Shown here: positions 7,757 through 17,609 of the stretch, piece by piece
Position numbering within the stretch: the first letter of the stretch is position 1
How the letters are laid out: every line of letters starts with the position of its first letter
Source: Acaryochloris marina MBIC11017
Lineage (GTDB): Bacteria; Cyanobacteriota; Cyanobacteriia; Thermosynechococcales; Thermosynechococcaceae
Reading direction: 5' to 3'
Assembly (NCBI RefSeq): GCF_000018105.1
Contig: NC_009925.1
Location: forward strand, 3,120,001-3,152,000
DNA: 32,000 nt
Notes under the pieces: model-generated
Seen by the model: only the letters and a program-made list of their open reading frames with translations
What the model was told of the DNA's origin: nothing
Database searches by the model: none
Program-made: the position numbers and the translations under genes

Positions 7757-9730
7757 CTATGAGGGATAGGCAATATAGGCATCCGCATTTTTAAAGGTAT
7801 CGGTGGTTTGAGTTTTCCCCTTGCGGGTTTCCTTGGCAACAATAGAGAAGCCTTTACCGTAAATACCCGCTACTGAGAAAGAAGAGTCTTCCGTGATAAA
7901 TCGGGGATTATCGGCATTGGAGACACCACTGCCGACATGGGCTGCTCCAAACAATTCCGTTTTGCCGCCGTTGATTGTTTTAATCGTGGTTCCCTCATCT
8001 TCGGTTTTGTAGCCAAGTATCCACACTTGGGCGTTATCATTCAGTACTTTGGCAGTAATGTTGAGTTGAGATTGGGTATTACTTTCAAGATTCAGCTGTC
8101 GAGCCCAGACATTTTGATCTTTAAAGATAACGGAAGAACCGACACAGTCATTAATAAACACATCTCCAGGCTTTGAGGCTTTAGGGACATAGTGGAATCC
8201 CAGTAAGTTGTTCAGTACCAAGGTCCGCTGAGAGGTATGTTCAATAGTTTCTACCTTCTCCAAGCGCTCAATGATGACCGTGGGAGACTGACCCGGACCG
8301 ACTCGAATCACAGCATTCTTTGCCATTTTGACTTTGGCTTCTGTGCCCATCAACCGGCGCACATTATTCCGGAGTTCTAGAGGCTGATTGATGGTCCATG
8401 TCCCCCTCGGTAAGTAAACGGTCGTGGCCCCAGAATCGATGGCGGCCTGAATAGAAGGTGTGTCATCTAGATCATCATCTGGGAGACCACTAGTGCCGAG
8501 CAGGTGCTTATGGGGACCATCCCACTTACTCAAGTCTTGTTCCCAAGGCATTTCAGGGGTTTCCTTGATCGGCAACCCTAACATTTGGTTGGCGGAGGGA
8601 AAGAGGGTGACTGGCCCGCCTTTTCTGTTTTCACCAAAGCCATTGGCTAAATAGTGGGTGATGTTACCGCTGGGAACATTGCCATTGCCACGGCCCCAAT
8701 TCACGTTACTTTTGACCGCTAGCTTATAGCCTGTGGTCTGAGTTCGGTCAATATACATGGATTTTTGATTGCTGATGGCGGGTTCAGAGGCTGCAGCACC
8801 AGAGCCTGTTAAGGTAGAATCCAGCAACACAAAGCCTGCTTCGCCATCGTTGATAATGGCGGGCACAGTATTCTGGCTGCGCACCTGCCGGGCAAACACT
8901 TTCTGAGAATTGGTGTTCCACCATCCACAGACGTTTTGGTTGAGCAGAGTAATATTTTCAAAGGTTTGGCTGGCAGTGGGCCAACGGGTTTTGATGCCAT
9001 AGTCAAAGCCGTTGACGGTGATGGCTTTGACTAATAACGGGCCAATCTCGTCTGTGTAGCTCATATCAAGGCCGATATTGCCTTTTCTGTCTTCAGACAA
9101 GATGGTTACATTCTGGGCAGTGCCCTGATTGCTGGCATTAAATTGAACGCCAATACTTTGAGGATGATTGCGACCCACATTGATAGTCATGTCGCGGATG
9201 GCGTTACGAAAGCGCTGAGCGGGAGCAGGGCCAAAATTGAGAATGGCTTTGGTATAGGTAGAGGGCACACTATCCATGAGTCGAAGAATGGTTCCTTGCT
9301 GACTTTGCCCTTGGAAGATATTGCGCTTTTGGCTGCCTGCTAAGGTCAGCATGTCGCTGATATCGTAGGTGCCGTTGGGAAAGTAAAAAATATGGTTTTT
9401 CGTAGGATGAGCTGAAATGGCAGCTTGGATGGCAGCGGTATCATCTTGACCATCGTCCGGAATCGCTCCGAATTGGGTGACATCAATGATGCCTGCATCG
9501 CTGGGAAAGACGATGGCTGGCCGATTAATGGGAACGGCCGCTAAGGTCGGGTTGGTGGCCACATGGGGAGAGTTTGCTGGTGACGATCGATTAGATGCTG
9601 CCGGTGTGCAGGCTAAGGAAAGTAGAAAAGATAAGCACATCAAGCCTAAAAACGATCGAAATCGATGGGAAAACTTTTTTTTCCCCCATAACCAGATTTT
9701 TTGAACCTTAGAGGATGATTGGACAGACAT
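7757..9730 (-). CDS. Lipoprotein with two pectate-lyase-superfamily (right-handed beta-helix, GH55-like architecture) domains
   Basis: 657 aa. Lipobox LSLAC after a basic n-region. Two copies of the N-cap motif typical of Pectate_lyase_3-type beta-helix glycosidases (DVTQFGAIPDDGQDDTAAIQAAI and LPDDDLDDTPSIQAAIDSGATTVYLPRGTWTI). Substrate unknown. Confidence 0.7.
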   Translation of the reverse strand: MSVQSSSKVQKIWLWGKKKFSHRFRSFLGLMCLSFLLSLACTPAASNRSSPANSPHVATNPTLAAVPINRPAIVFPSDAGIIDVTQFGAIPDDGQDDTAAIQAAISAHPTKNHIFYFPNGTYDISDMLTLAGSQKRNIFQGQSQQGTILRLMDSVPSTYTKAILNFGPAPAQRFRNAIRDMTINVGRNHPQSIGVQFNASNQGTAQNVTILSEDRKGNIGLDMSYTDEIGPLLVKAITVNGFDYGIKTRWPTASQTFENITLLNQNVCGWWNTNSQKVFARQVRSQNTVPAIINDGEAGFVLLDSTLTGSGAAASEPAISNQKSMYIDRTQTTGYKLAVKSNVNWGRGNGNVPSGNITHYLANGFGENRKGGPVTLFPSANQMLGLPIKETPEMPWEQDLSKWDGPHKHLLGTSGLPDDDLDDTPSIQAAIDSGATTVYLPRGTWTINQPLELRNNVRRLMGTEAKVKMAKNAVIRVGPGQSPTVIIERLEKVETIEHTSQRTLVLNNLLGFHYVPKASKPGDVFINDCVGSSVIFKDQNVWARQLNLESNTQSQLNITAKVLNDNAQVWILGYKTEDEGTTIKTINGGKTELFGAAHVGSGVSNADNPRFITEDSSFSVAGIYGKGFSIVAKETRKGKTQTTDTFKNADAYIAYPS

Positions 9731-9859
9731 ATGGCTCGGCTCCCAACGAAGGAATACGATTGGTCTTCTTGTCCAAGCCTATCAAATTCAAGAAATGGGC
9801 TTTTTGGGGTCTGGAAGGGCTATGAGGTGTGCGTAGGGTTGGAACGAACGGGATTGAAC

Positions 9860-10933
9860 CTAGTGGGTACGAGGCAGGGATGATGCCTGAGAATAGGTGG
9901 TTTGTGGGCTAGGGACGTTCCCAATCTCTTTGACCGTATAGAGGGGACGGCCTTTAATTTCTTCGTAAATTTGGCCCACATATTCTCCTAAAATGCCGAG
10001 ACAAATCAGCTGTACAGCCCCCAGGAAAAAGATCGCCATGGTAATCATGGTGTAGCCGATTAACTGGCTGGAAGGATTGAAAAATCGCCAGTAGAGGGTC
10101 AAGAACATCATAAAGACCGCTAAAGCTGACGCAAATAACCCCAGATACGTGGCCAAGCGTAAGGGGACTTTGGAGAAGGCCATAATGCTGCTGAGAGCTA
10201 AGGTCAGGGATTTGTGAAAGGTATATTTGACGTCTCCCGCAAATCGAGGGGGACGATGAAGGGTAATGGCCGTTTGTCGAAAGCCCACCCAAGCCCGGAG
10301 ACCCCGGATATAGCGGTTGCGCTCGGGCATTTGGTTCAGCAAATCTACCACTTGCCGATCCATCAGGCAAAAGTCACCGGTGTCCGTGGGAATGTGAATA
10401 TCAGAGAGTTGCTGGAGAAATCGGTAAAACAGATAGGCGGTCAAGCGTTTAATGATGCCTTCTCGCTGTCGCGAAATTCTTTGAGCGTAAACGACCTGGT
10501 ATCCCTGCTGCCATTGCTGAATCAGATCAGGGACGACTTCGGGTGGATCTTGTAGGTCGGCATCCATGACGATAATGGCTTGGCCGGTGGCAAACTGGAG
10601 ACCGGCGGTTAAGGCAATTTGGTGGCCAAAGTTACGGGCTAGGCTGACGTATCGAACAGTAGGGTCATCTTGGTGCAGTTGGCGAATGAGAGGGAGGGTG
10701 CGATCGCAACTACCATCATCCACCAAAATCAGCTCTGCAGAACCATCCAGGGTTTTGATCAAGGCCTGCAGGCGTTGATACAGTTCAGCAATATTCTCTT
10801 CTTCGTTGTAAATCGGAATAACGAAAGAATACGTTACATTACCTGTTTGATCTGAATTGCTTGCAATTGATGAAGGGGAACTGAATGATGTCAAGGGATT
10901 GTTATAACTAAACAAAGGAGACGATACCTGCAA
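9860..10933 (-). CDS. Family 2 glycosyltransferase, polyprenyl-phosphate glycosyltransferase type (GtrB/ArnC/DPM1-like)
   Basis: GT-A motifs [23 protein letters not shown] and [11 protein letters not shown], plus two C-terminal TM helices as in GtrB/ArnC. There is no in-frame ATG before the catalytic domain; the ORF-track start at 10933 is TTG, so the exact start is uncertain. Confidence 0.88.
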   Translation of the reverse strand: MQVSSPLFSYNNPLTSFSSPSSIASNSDQTGNVTYSFVIPIYNEEENIAELYQRLQALIKTLDGSAELILVDDGSCDRTLPLIRQLHQDDPTVRYVSLARNFGHQIALTAGLQFATGQAIIVMDADLQDPPEVVPDLIQQWQQGYQVVYAQRISRQREGIIKRLTAYLFYRFLQQLSDIHIPTDTGDFCLMDRQVVDLLNQMPERNRYIRGLRAWVGFRQTAITLHRPPRFAGDVKYTFHKSLTLALSSIMAFSKVPLRLATYLGLFASALAVFMMFLTLYWRFFNPSSQLIGYTMITMAIFFLGAVQLICLGILGEYVGQIYEEIKGRPLYTVKEIGNVPSPQTTYSQASSLPRTH

Positions 10934-10950
10934 AGCGCACGCGACATTTT

Positions 10951-11613
10951 ATGCCTTTAACCGTGTTGATCGTGGATGATGAACCGGGCATTCGGTTAGC
11001 GGTCACCGACTATCTGGAAGCAGTGGGATATACAGTGATTTCAGCCGCAACGGGCAAACAAGCGTGGCAGCTGGTCCAACAGTATCGTCCTCATCTGCTC
11101 GTGACTGATATTAGAATGCCACAGATGGATGGCTATGAGTTAGTGAAGCTGGTGAGACAACAACCGGCTTTTCGATTGCTTCCCGTCATCTATTTAACGG
11201 AATGCTCCCAAACCCAAGAGCGAATTCGAGGGTACAAATTAGGGTGTGATGCCTATTTGGCTAAGCCGTTTAACTTAGAAGAATTGGCAGCCGTCATCCG
11301 TAACCTATTAGACCGAGTGCAAATTGTGCAAACGGAAATTCAGGCGGTTTCTCAAGCGACTCCTAGCCGTGAACCGGTGGATACTGCATTAATCAACGCA
11401 CTCGATCTGACCCAGCGAGAACAGCAAGTGTTGCGATTGCTGATGGAAGGGCTATCCAATGCCCAAATTGGTGAACAACTCCATCTCAGCTCCCGGACGG
11501 TGGAAAAGTATGTGAGTAAGCTCTTGCAAAAAACAGAAACCAGCAATCGAGCCGAAATCGTCAGGTTTGCCATGGAACATAATTTATTAGGGGCGATAGA
11601 GAACGATCCCTAA
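10951..11613 (+). CDS. NarL/LuxR-family response regulator (REC + LuxR HTH)
   Basis: REC motifs (VLIVDDEPG, phospho-acceptor context LLVTDIRMPQMDG, AYLAKPF). C-terminal LuxR-type HTH (LTQREQQVLRLLMEGLSNAQIGEQLHLSSRTVEKYVSKLL). No histidine kinase is adjacent. Confidence 0.92.
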   Translation: MPLTVLIVDDEPGIRLAVTDYLEAVGYTVISAATGKQAWQLVQQYRPHLLVTDIRMPQMDGYELVKLVRQQPAFRLLPVIYLTECSQTQERIRGYKLGCDAYLAKPFNLEELAAVIRNLLDRVQIVQTEIQAVSQATPSREPVDTALINALDLTQREQQVLRLLMEGLSNAQIGEQLHLSSRTVEKYVSKLLQKTETSNRAEIVRFAMEHNLLGAIENDP

Positions 11614-12080
11614 GATTTGTGCAAATGATCCAATAAGCCACTGCAAGCATCCAGCAGAAGATCAATCACATAATCAAACCCTGAAGGCCCTCCATAATAA
11701 GGATCGGGCACCTCTTTATCGGCAAAATTAGAGCAAAAATCGCACATCATGTGGATTTTATCGGCATATTGCTCATCTGGATTCATGGCTACCAAATCGC
11801 GGTAGTTTTGGCGATCCATGGCCAGAATTAGATCGAACTCCGCAAAATCTTCTGGTTCAACTTGGCGGCTGTTGCCGGTGAGTACGATACCTTGTCGTAA
11901 GCCAGCTGCCGCCATTCTCCGGTCTGGAGAAGCGCCAATATGATAGCTGCTAGTGCCTGCAGAATCACATTGGTATTCATGGGTGAGCTGCTCTTGCTGC
12001 AGCAGGTGATTCATAATCCCTTCGGCAGAGGGGGAGCGGCAAATATTGCCTAGACAGACAAACAAAAGCTTTTGGGGCAT
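11610..12080 (-). CDS. Low-molecular-weight protein-tyrosine phosphatase
   Basis: P-loop CLGNICRS (CX5R-S) at the N-terminus and the DPYYG general-acid loop. 156 aa. Confidence 0.9.
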   Translation of the reverse strand: MPQKLLFVCLGNICRSPSAEGIMNHLLQQEQLTHEYQCDSAGTSSYHIGASPDRRMAAAGLRQGIVLTGNSRQVEPEDFAEFDLILAMDRQNYRDLVAMNPDEQYADKIHMMCDFCSNFADKEVPDPYYGGPSGFDYVIDLLLDACSGLLDHLHKS

Positions 12081-12094
12081 CGGGTTGGGACCGG

Positions 12095-13546
12095 TTAAAA
12101 CAGCGTTGGCGTAAAACTGCCATGTAAACCGTAGGGGATATGGTGCTTTAAGTGCAAGCGGGCCAGCGGTCCCTGTTCGATTCGCTCGGCATCAAGGATA
12201 ACCACATCGGATCGATCGTGATCGCCATCGTAAACCAGCGCGATTAACCAACCGTGATCTTCTTGGGTGGCGTTAGGTTTGGGGATAAACACCGGTTCTC
12301 CCATAAAGCCTTGAGGGGCGGCACTCCAGACTTGTTCTTCGCCTGTTTTAACGTCTTGCTTCAGGATGGCTTGTAAAGGCGCGTTGCCCGTACTGGTATC
12401 CGTGGCACCAATATAGACGTAGCGGTAATCGTGGGCCACATTTGCAGGATTCAGGGTTGGAAACTCACAACTGCGCTGGATTAGCGGTGTTTTCTCAACG
12501 GTGGCGGTCTCAGGATTGAGATGGAATCGCCATAAAGAGCCGGGAGGAACCCCGTCAAAATCAATGGTGCGGAAATCAATCCCCGATTCTAAGCCTGGGA
12601 AAGTGTCGTAGCAGATGGAGTCTACAATGACTTGACCATCTTCTTCATAGGCATTGGCATGGTGGAAGACAAAGCAAGCATCCGTGTCTAGCTGCTGGGG
12701 TTTATTCTCGCCTCGTCGGACCAGCCAAATTTTGGTGGGACTACCAGGCTTAAACGAGATACATTCCCCTGCCCCTTTGAACCCCAATAGGAAGGGAATG
12801 GGATTCAGAATGACGGGATTTTGGAAAAAGATGTAGTAGTTGGGGGTAACGGCAAAATCGTGAATAAAGGCAAACCCTGGAATGACAAACTGCTGCTGGT
12901 GAACCACCTCACCGGATGGGTCAAACTCGAACAGTTTTACCTTGCTGGAAAGGCCAGGTTTGATGGCAAAGTTAACGAGGCGATCGCCGTCCGCATGGGG
13001 CAAGATTCGGGGGTGAGCAGAAAATGGATCACCAGGGTTGAGAAGACCCGAAAAGTCTTCCAAGCCCAATGTGTCTAAGGTGGATGGATCGAGACGATAG
13101 GGCTGATCGGCTTCCCAAAGGGCCAGTAGCTTGCCTGCCCAGTAGATGATATGAGTGTTGGCAATATTCTTAAAGTTGATATCGAAGGCGTTGGCCAGTA
13201 AACCGCCGGGTTTAGGGGTACCAAATACGCCACGGTACAGAATCTTGCCCGCTTCTTGTTCTGCTAAATAGCCTTCTGTACGGACAAAGCGGTTACGGAA
13301 ATGGGCCTTGCCCTGATCGAACTGAATCGAACAAATCATACCGTCTCCATCAAAAGGATGCTGGAGTGGAGTACCGTTGACATCCAATAGCCCCGGACCG
13401 TTGCGAAATAGAGTGCCGCTCAGCTCAGCGGGAATTTCACCGTCTATGTCTGCGATCGCATAGTCGTATTCCTCTTTCAGAGATTGGTGGCCTCCCTGCC
13501 AATTATGGTCGAGGTAGGTGTTACGGGTTGGAGCAGAAACGGTCAT
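12095..13546 (-). CDS. Carotenoid cleavage oxygenase family (apocarotenoid-15,15'-oxygenase-like, RPE65/CCD fold)
   Basis: 483 aa with CCD-family His-containing motifs (HPFDGDGM, FIHDFAVTPNY, FHHANAYEE, C-terminal GLHGSF) and the overall length of cyanobacterial ACO/Diox1-type enzymes. Confidence 0.9.
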   Translation of the reverse strand: MTVSAPTRNTYLDHNWQGGHQSLKEEYDYAIADIDGEIPAELSGTLFRNGPGLLDVNGTPLQHPFDGDGMICSIQFDQGKAHFRNRFVRTEGYLAEQEAGKILYRGVFGTPKPGGLLANAFDINFKNIANTHIIYWAGKLLALWEADQPYRLDPSTLDTLGLEDFSGLLNPGDPFSAHPRILPHADGDRLVNFAIKPGLSSKVKLFEFDPSGEVVHQQQFVIPGFAFIHDFAVTPNYYIFFQNPVILNPIPFLLGFKGAGECISFKPGSPTKIWLVRRGENKPQQLDTDACFVFHHANAYEEDGQVIVDSICYDTFPGLESGIDFRTIDFDGVPPGSLWRFHLNPETATVEKTPLIQRSCEFPTLNPANVAHDYRYVYIGATDTSTGNAPLQAILKQDVKTGEEQVWSAAPQGFMGEPVFIPKPNATQEDHGWLIALVYDGDHDRSDVVILDAERIEQGPLARLHLKHHIPYGLHGSFTPTLF

Positions 13547-13552
13547 AGGGAT

Positions 13553-14956
13553 TCAATTACGAGGTTCAGTAACAAGTTCAACAGCGAGAGACTCAGCTAA
13601 AAGCGGCTCGACAGGTGGATTGATATTCAAAGCAAGGTCTTGATCTAAGACATCCGTACCTTGGTCTGGCAGCCAATTCAGGAGTGGTAGAGGTAAGAGG
13701 GTGCTGAGATTGGCAATAATCACCAGTAGCCACAACTGCTGGAAATTGGTTTCTGTAATGCCCAGTCCATGCATAATCAGGGCACCAGATTCATGGGACA
13801 GTAGGCCAGCTAGATTACTCACAGACATCAGCAAAGCAAACATCGTGGCTTCAATACCCGGAGGACAGAGGCGCGCGGCTAACACTAAGACAGGCATATA
13901 GGCAATTTGCCCCATCACCGTCAGAATCAGGCTGTCGCCCAGGCTAAACCACTCGTCACTAATGCCTAAGTTCCGGTTAGCATGGGTGACCAATAAGAGA
14001 GTGGTCATGCCGAGAGCTGCAGCAATTAACGTGCTCCATAGGAAGATGCGGCGCACGGGAACGGCTTTGAGATAACGCTGAAACACCCAGATACCCAGCA
14101 AGGCTGCCAGACTCGTCACCAGTCGCACTCGACCGAGAAATTCCGGCTCAAAGCCTAAATCATTGGTGGTGAAGAAGAAAAATGCGGCTTCAGAACTGGG
14201 GGTGGCTTGCCAGAGAAAGACGAAGATAACCGGCAACAAAATCTGTTTTTGGGTAATGGCTTGCCAGAGCTGGCTAACTTGCTGCTTGGTGGAGTCTAGG
14301 TTGATTTGAGTGTCAACTTTGGGGTCTGCAATCAGCCCAGCAATTGCAGAAACCAGCAGAGGAAAAGTGGCTGTGATCCAAAAAACGCTTTGGGTACTCA
14401 TATGGGCTAAGAGCCAGCCGCTAAAGTAGGCGGTCAGTATCCCGCCCAAGGCGGTGGCAGACCAGCAGAGGGATTGCAGCGATCCGGCATCACTCTGAGA
14501 TTCTTGTCGAACCCGCTCAACCACGAGGGAGTCAACAATCACATCGCTGATGGCGACGGACAGAGAGCTGAGGACAATGGCAATGGTAGCGGCTAGAGAG
14601 GTATGAACAATGCTAGCCATGCCTGCCCAGGCTAGGCATCCCAGTATCCCGGACAAGACGAGATATGAGCGGCGACGATATCCGAAGATGGGGACGCTAT
14701 CGGACACAAACCCAAAGATGGGCTTGATCACCCAAGGGAGCGCAGCAATTCCCATCATGGCGGCGACTTGAGCCGGGGTTAAACCGAGGTCGTCTTTTAA
14801 GAAGAAGCTGACGGCTAACCGCGCTAATCCCAAGATGCCCTGGACAAAATAGACCATTAATATGGCCAGTAGCTCAGGTGTGGGATCTTGACCATAAAAG
14901 ACGTTTTCTTTTAGGAAATCGCGCACCGAGTCGAGTCTCGACTGAGATACAAACAT
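13553..14956 (-). CDS. Folate/biopterin transporter (BT1) family MFS membrane protein
   Basis: 467-aa polytopic membrane ORF. N-terminal region (YFVQGILGLARLAVSFFLKDDLGLTPAQVA...LPWVIKPIFGFVSDS) matches the BT1 family signature as I remember it. Stop lies 6 nt upstream of the CCD start. Confidence 0.8.
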   Translation of the reverse strand: MFVSQSRLDSVRDFLKENVFYGQDPTPELLAILMVYFVQGILGLARLAVSFFLKDDLGLTPAQVAAMMGIAALPWVIKPIFGFVSDSVPIFGYRRRSYLVLSGILGCLAWAGMASIVHTSLAATIAIVLSSLSVAISDVIVDSLVVERVRQESQSDAGSLQSLCWSATALGGILTAYFSGWLLAHMSTQSVFWITATFPLLVSAIAGLIADPKVDTQINLDSTKQQVSQLWQAITQKQILLPVIFVFLWQATPSSEAAFFFFTTNDLGFEPEFLGRVRLVTSLAALLGIWVFQRYLKAVPVRRIFLWSTLIAAALGMTTLLLVTHANRNLGISDEWFSLGDSLILTVMGQIAYMPVLVLAARLCPPGIEATMFALLMSVSNLAGLLSHESGALIMHGLGITETNFQQLWLLVIIANLSTLLPLPLLNWLPDQGTDVLDQDLALNINPPVEPLLAESLAVELVTEPRN

Positions 14957-15156
14957 TGATATTTGTAAACTATTATCAATGTTTGTATCATACCCTGATT
15001 TCTTAGGTTGATTCCTATGTCACGACCTTTAGCCATTCCCAATCGTGTTGAATTAAGTCGAACCAAAGTCTGGTTTCAATTCTGTGGAGTTTGACGTTGA
15101 TGCTGTTGGGTGGATATGCCAGATTGCAGACAGAGTATTCTTGATTTTTAGAATTC

Positions 15157-15672
15157 ATGACAATAGCAGTGAGCTATCAAGAGCGGTTCCTGAGTTGTTT
15201 GGAACCAGGAGATGATCCTGAGTTTTGGAAGATTGCGATCTCAACCCTATTTCAAGACGTGGTAGCAGAGTTAGACGCTTGTCCGACCAAGAGACCCGTT
15301 TATGCTCAGCTAGGTGCTTGTTCTCATTGGTTGCGGCCTCACCAAACCCGCTGGAAAGCTGCTGGAGGATTTGCTTGGCCAACCGGTTATGGAGGCAGCG
15401 GATTCTCAAGGTTAGGGCTACCAGAGTTTGATTGGTCTATTTTGATGGTTTGGGATGTCGGTCAGCGAACTTGGCTTCCCGTAGACAAATTTCACGAAAA
15501 GCGGAGATTTCTATTCAGGGCTGCTCTGCCTACTCGGACCAAAAGACACTTACAAGCTGCAGCGCATACCGTATGGGTGCCGGGTAAACCCTCTCAAGCA
15601 GATCAAAAATCTACGATGTTCTATGGTTTTCGAAAAGTGAATGAACAATGGACCTGCGTGACTCATGACTAG
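15157..15672 (+). CDS. Hypothetical protein (Trp/Arg-rich, no recognisable domain)
   Basis: 171-aa ORF with ATG start and no competing ORF of similar length apart from a shorter antisense one. No motif recognised. Confidence 0.5.
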   Translation: MTIAVSYQERFLSCLEPGDDPEFWKIAISTLFQDVVAELDACPTKRPVYAQLGACSHWLRPHQTRWKAAGGFAWPTGYGGSGFSRLGLPEFDWSILMVWDVGQRTWLPVDKFHEKRRFLFRAALPTRTKRHLQAAAHTVWVPGKPSQADQKSTMFYGFRKVNEQWTCVTHD

Positions 15673-15918
15673 TATCTTTGGCGAGCACTAAAGGTCATCT
15701 TCGTACCAAGTGACAGCTTTAATTTTCATGATCTTGAAGAAGCAATCTGGGAGTGTGGTCAGTGAGTTCAGTTGAGCTGCTATGACGAGATGTAGATTGT
15801 TTGAGGACCATTGCCGCAGCGAGATATCAATAGTGCGATTAGCAATACGCTTCACCTTTAATAGGTGTGAAAAGAGAATTTATAGGTGTGAAAACGTTTT
15901 TGATGGCTGGTAAACAGA

Positions 15919-16614
15919 TTAAGCATTCCCGTATACAGGAATAGCGGCACCTCTAACATCCTGGGCGGCATCGGAGGCGAGAAAGCAGATCACGTCTGCT
16001 AAAGATTCGGGTTTAACCCATTGGTCGGCGTTGTTTTCACCCATGGCTTCTCGATTCGTAGGGGTATCAATAATGCTAGGCAACACGGTATTAGCAGTGA
16101 TGTTGGTGCCTTTGGTTTCATCTGCGATCGCTTTCGTTAATGCCACCACTCCTGCCTTGGCAGCACAGTAAGCGGCCAACTGCCCTCCTGGATCAACCGC
16201 TCCTCTAGATCCGACCGTGACAATCCGGCCATAGTGATGCTGCAACATCCGCTTAAGGCTATGTTTGCAAACCAAAAAGGTAGTGTTTAGGTTCAGGTTC
16301 AAATCTCGCTGCCAGTCTTCAAAAGCATATTCATGGGTTTTGCCCATGGAAAACCCACCGACTAGATGAATCAAAGCATCCACTCGATCCATGCCTTCCA
16401 CGAGTTCTGCGACTGAGGCTTCTTTGCCCAGATCGGTGGGGACAAAATGGGTTCTGACTAATTCTGCGGGAGAGAGGATATGCTTTAGTCGCTCAACTTC
16501 GGATTCAACGATGTAAGGCAGCGTTACTTCTGCCCCGGTGGCTAGGACTTTTGGTGTCACACCTAGTCCTAGTCCGCCTGTACCACCCGTGATTAATACT
16601 TGACTATTTCGCAT
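15919..16614 (-). CDS. Short-chain dehydrogenase/reductase (SDR) family oxidoreductase
   Basis: Rossmann motif ITGGTGGLGLG, catalytic YCAAK, and NITANTVLPSIIDTP. 231 aa. Confidence 0.9.
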   Translation of the reverse strand: MRNSQVLITGGTGGLGLGVTPKVLATGAEVTLPYIVESEVERLKHILSPAELVRTHFVPTDLGKEASVAELVEGMDRVDALIHLVGGFSMGKTHEYAFEDWQRDLNLNLNTTFLVCKHSLKRMLQHHYGRIVTVGSRGAVDPGGQLAAYCAAKAGVVALTKAIADETKGTNITANTVLPSIIDTPTNREAMGENNADQWVKPESLADVICFLASDAAQDVRGAAIPVYGNA

Positions 16615-16827
16615 ATCGTTGCAGCCTCTATCTTTTGAGATGGATGAGCAATCTTGTTAAAAAGTATTTGATATCAAAGTTACAAGCTTCACAAGCTAAA
16701 GGATAGTTCTGATCAACAAAGTGGAACAGTTAGTTAGAGAGGGCTGCCATTCCCTTGGGAATTTCTATCCTTCAGGCTGAATGAAATTTCTCGTGAAAGT
16801 CAGGATGAGCCTGCAATTTGAGTTGAA

Positions 16828-17496
16828 ATGCTAGAGACTTTTGTCGACACCATCAATACGCAAGACTTTAGTGAAACGGGATTTATAGAGATTTTGTCTG
16901 TTCAACAGAGAAAAAATACGGGGCATCTGAACATAGCGCTGAAGCTACAAATGGCTATTTTGTCAGAACCTGGGGTAGAAATGACGGAGTATTGGCGTTT
17001 GGATTTAGAACAAGTGCAAGCAAATTCAATCTCATTGGGTTATTCACGACACAGCCATCTGTCGCCAGAGCATTGTCTTTTATGGTGTTATCAGCAACCC
17101 ATAAAGTCTGTGGTGATTCCTAATCCTCTAGAAGAGGCTGAAATAAACTACCTGCTTGGTCGTTGGTATTGTATCCATCAAGAACGAGTGGGGACTTGGA
17201 TACCTTTCAAGATCAGTAAATATAAGTTGTTGCGAGGTGGTTATGTCATTGCCCAAGCTCCAGAAACCCTGATCTTGGACTATCAAACAGTTCTGGATGA
17301 AATGGAGATAGACTATTCTGCTTATGTCTCTGACTTACCGTCATGGCACGACAGTAATCGAGGATGGGTTGAGGAGAAAAAAGACTTTCAGATACTGACG
17401 TTTGATTCGTCTTATGTCATTGCTGCTGACATATCAGCTAAGTGTTTTTCGACACGGTATGGAAGTGCTGAATGGTATGGAAGTAGCGAAAATTAA
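16828..17496 (+). CDS. Hypothetical protein
   Basis: 222-aa ORF with ATG start in a visibly AT-richer stretch. No recognisable domain. Confidence 0.5.
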   Translation: MLETFVDTINTQDFSETGFIEILSVQQRKNTGHLNIALKLQMAILSEPGVEMTEYWRLDLEQVQANSISLGYSRHSHLSPEHCLLWCYQQPIKSVVIPNPLEEAEINYLLGRWYCIHQERVGTWIPFKISKYKLLRGGYVIAQAPETLILDYQTVLDEMEIDYSAYVSDLPSWHDSNRGWVEEKKDFQILTFDSSYVIAADISAKCFSTRYGSAEWYGSSEN

Positions 17497-17609
17497 CATC
17501 TGATTTTTTCCTGAGACATCAGCATGCCAATTGCCATAAAACCTCTGTGCGATTCCTGTGCTCGCTGTAATTCCCTGGGTAAAACTTGGAATATGTCTAG
17601 GGCTTGGCT

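Noticed and set aside
9954-10778. Alternative-frame and antisense ORFs within the GT2 gene (9954-10370, 10214-10555, 10566-10778, 10670-10855)
   Set aside because: The GT2 frame has unambiguous GT-A motifs and TM helices. The others are Arg/Ser/Gly-rich shadow frames.
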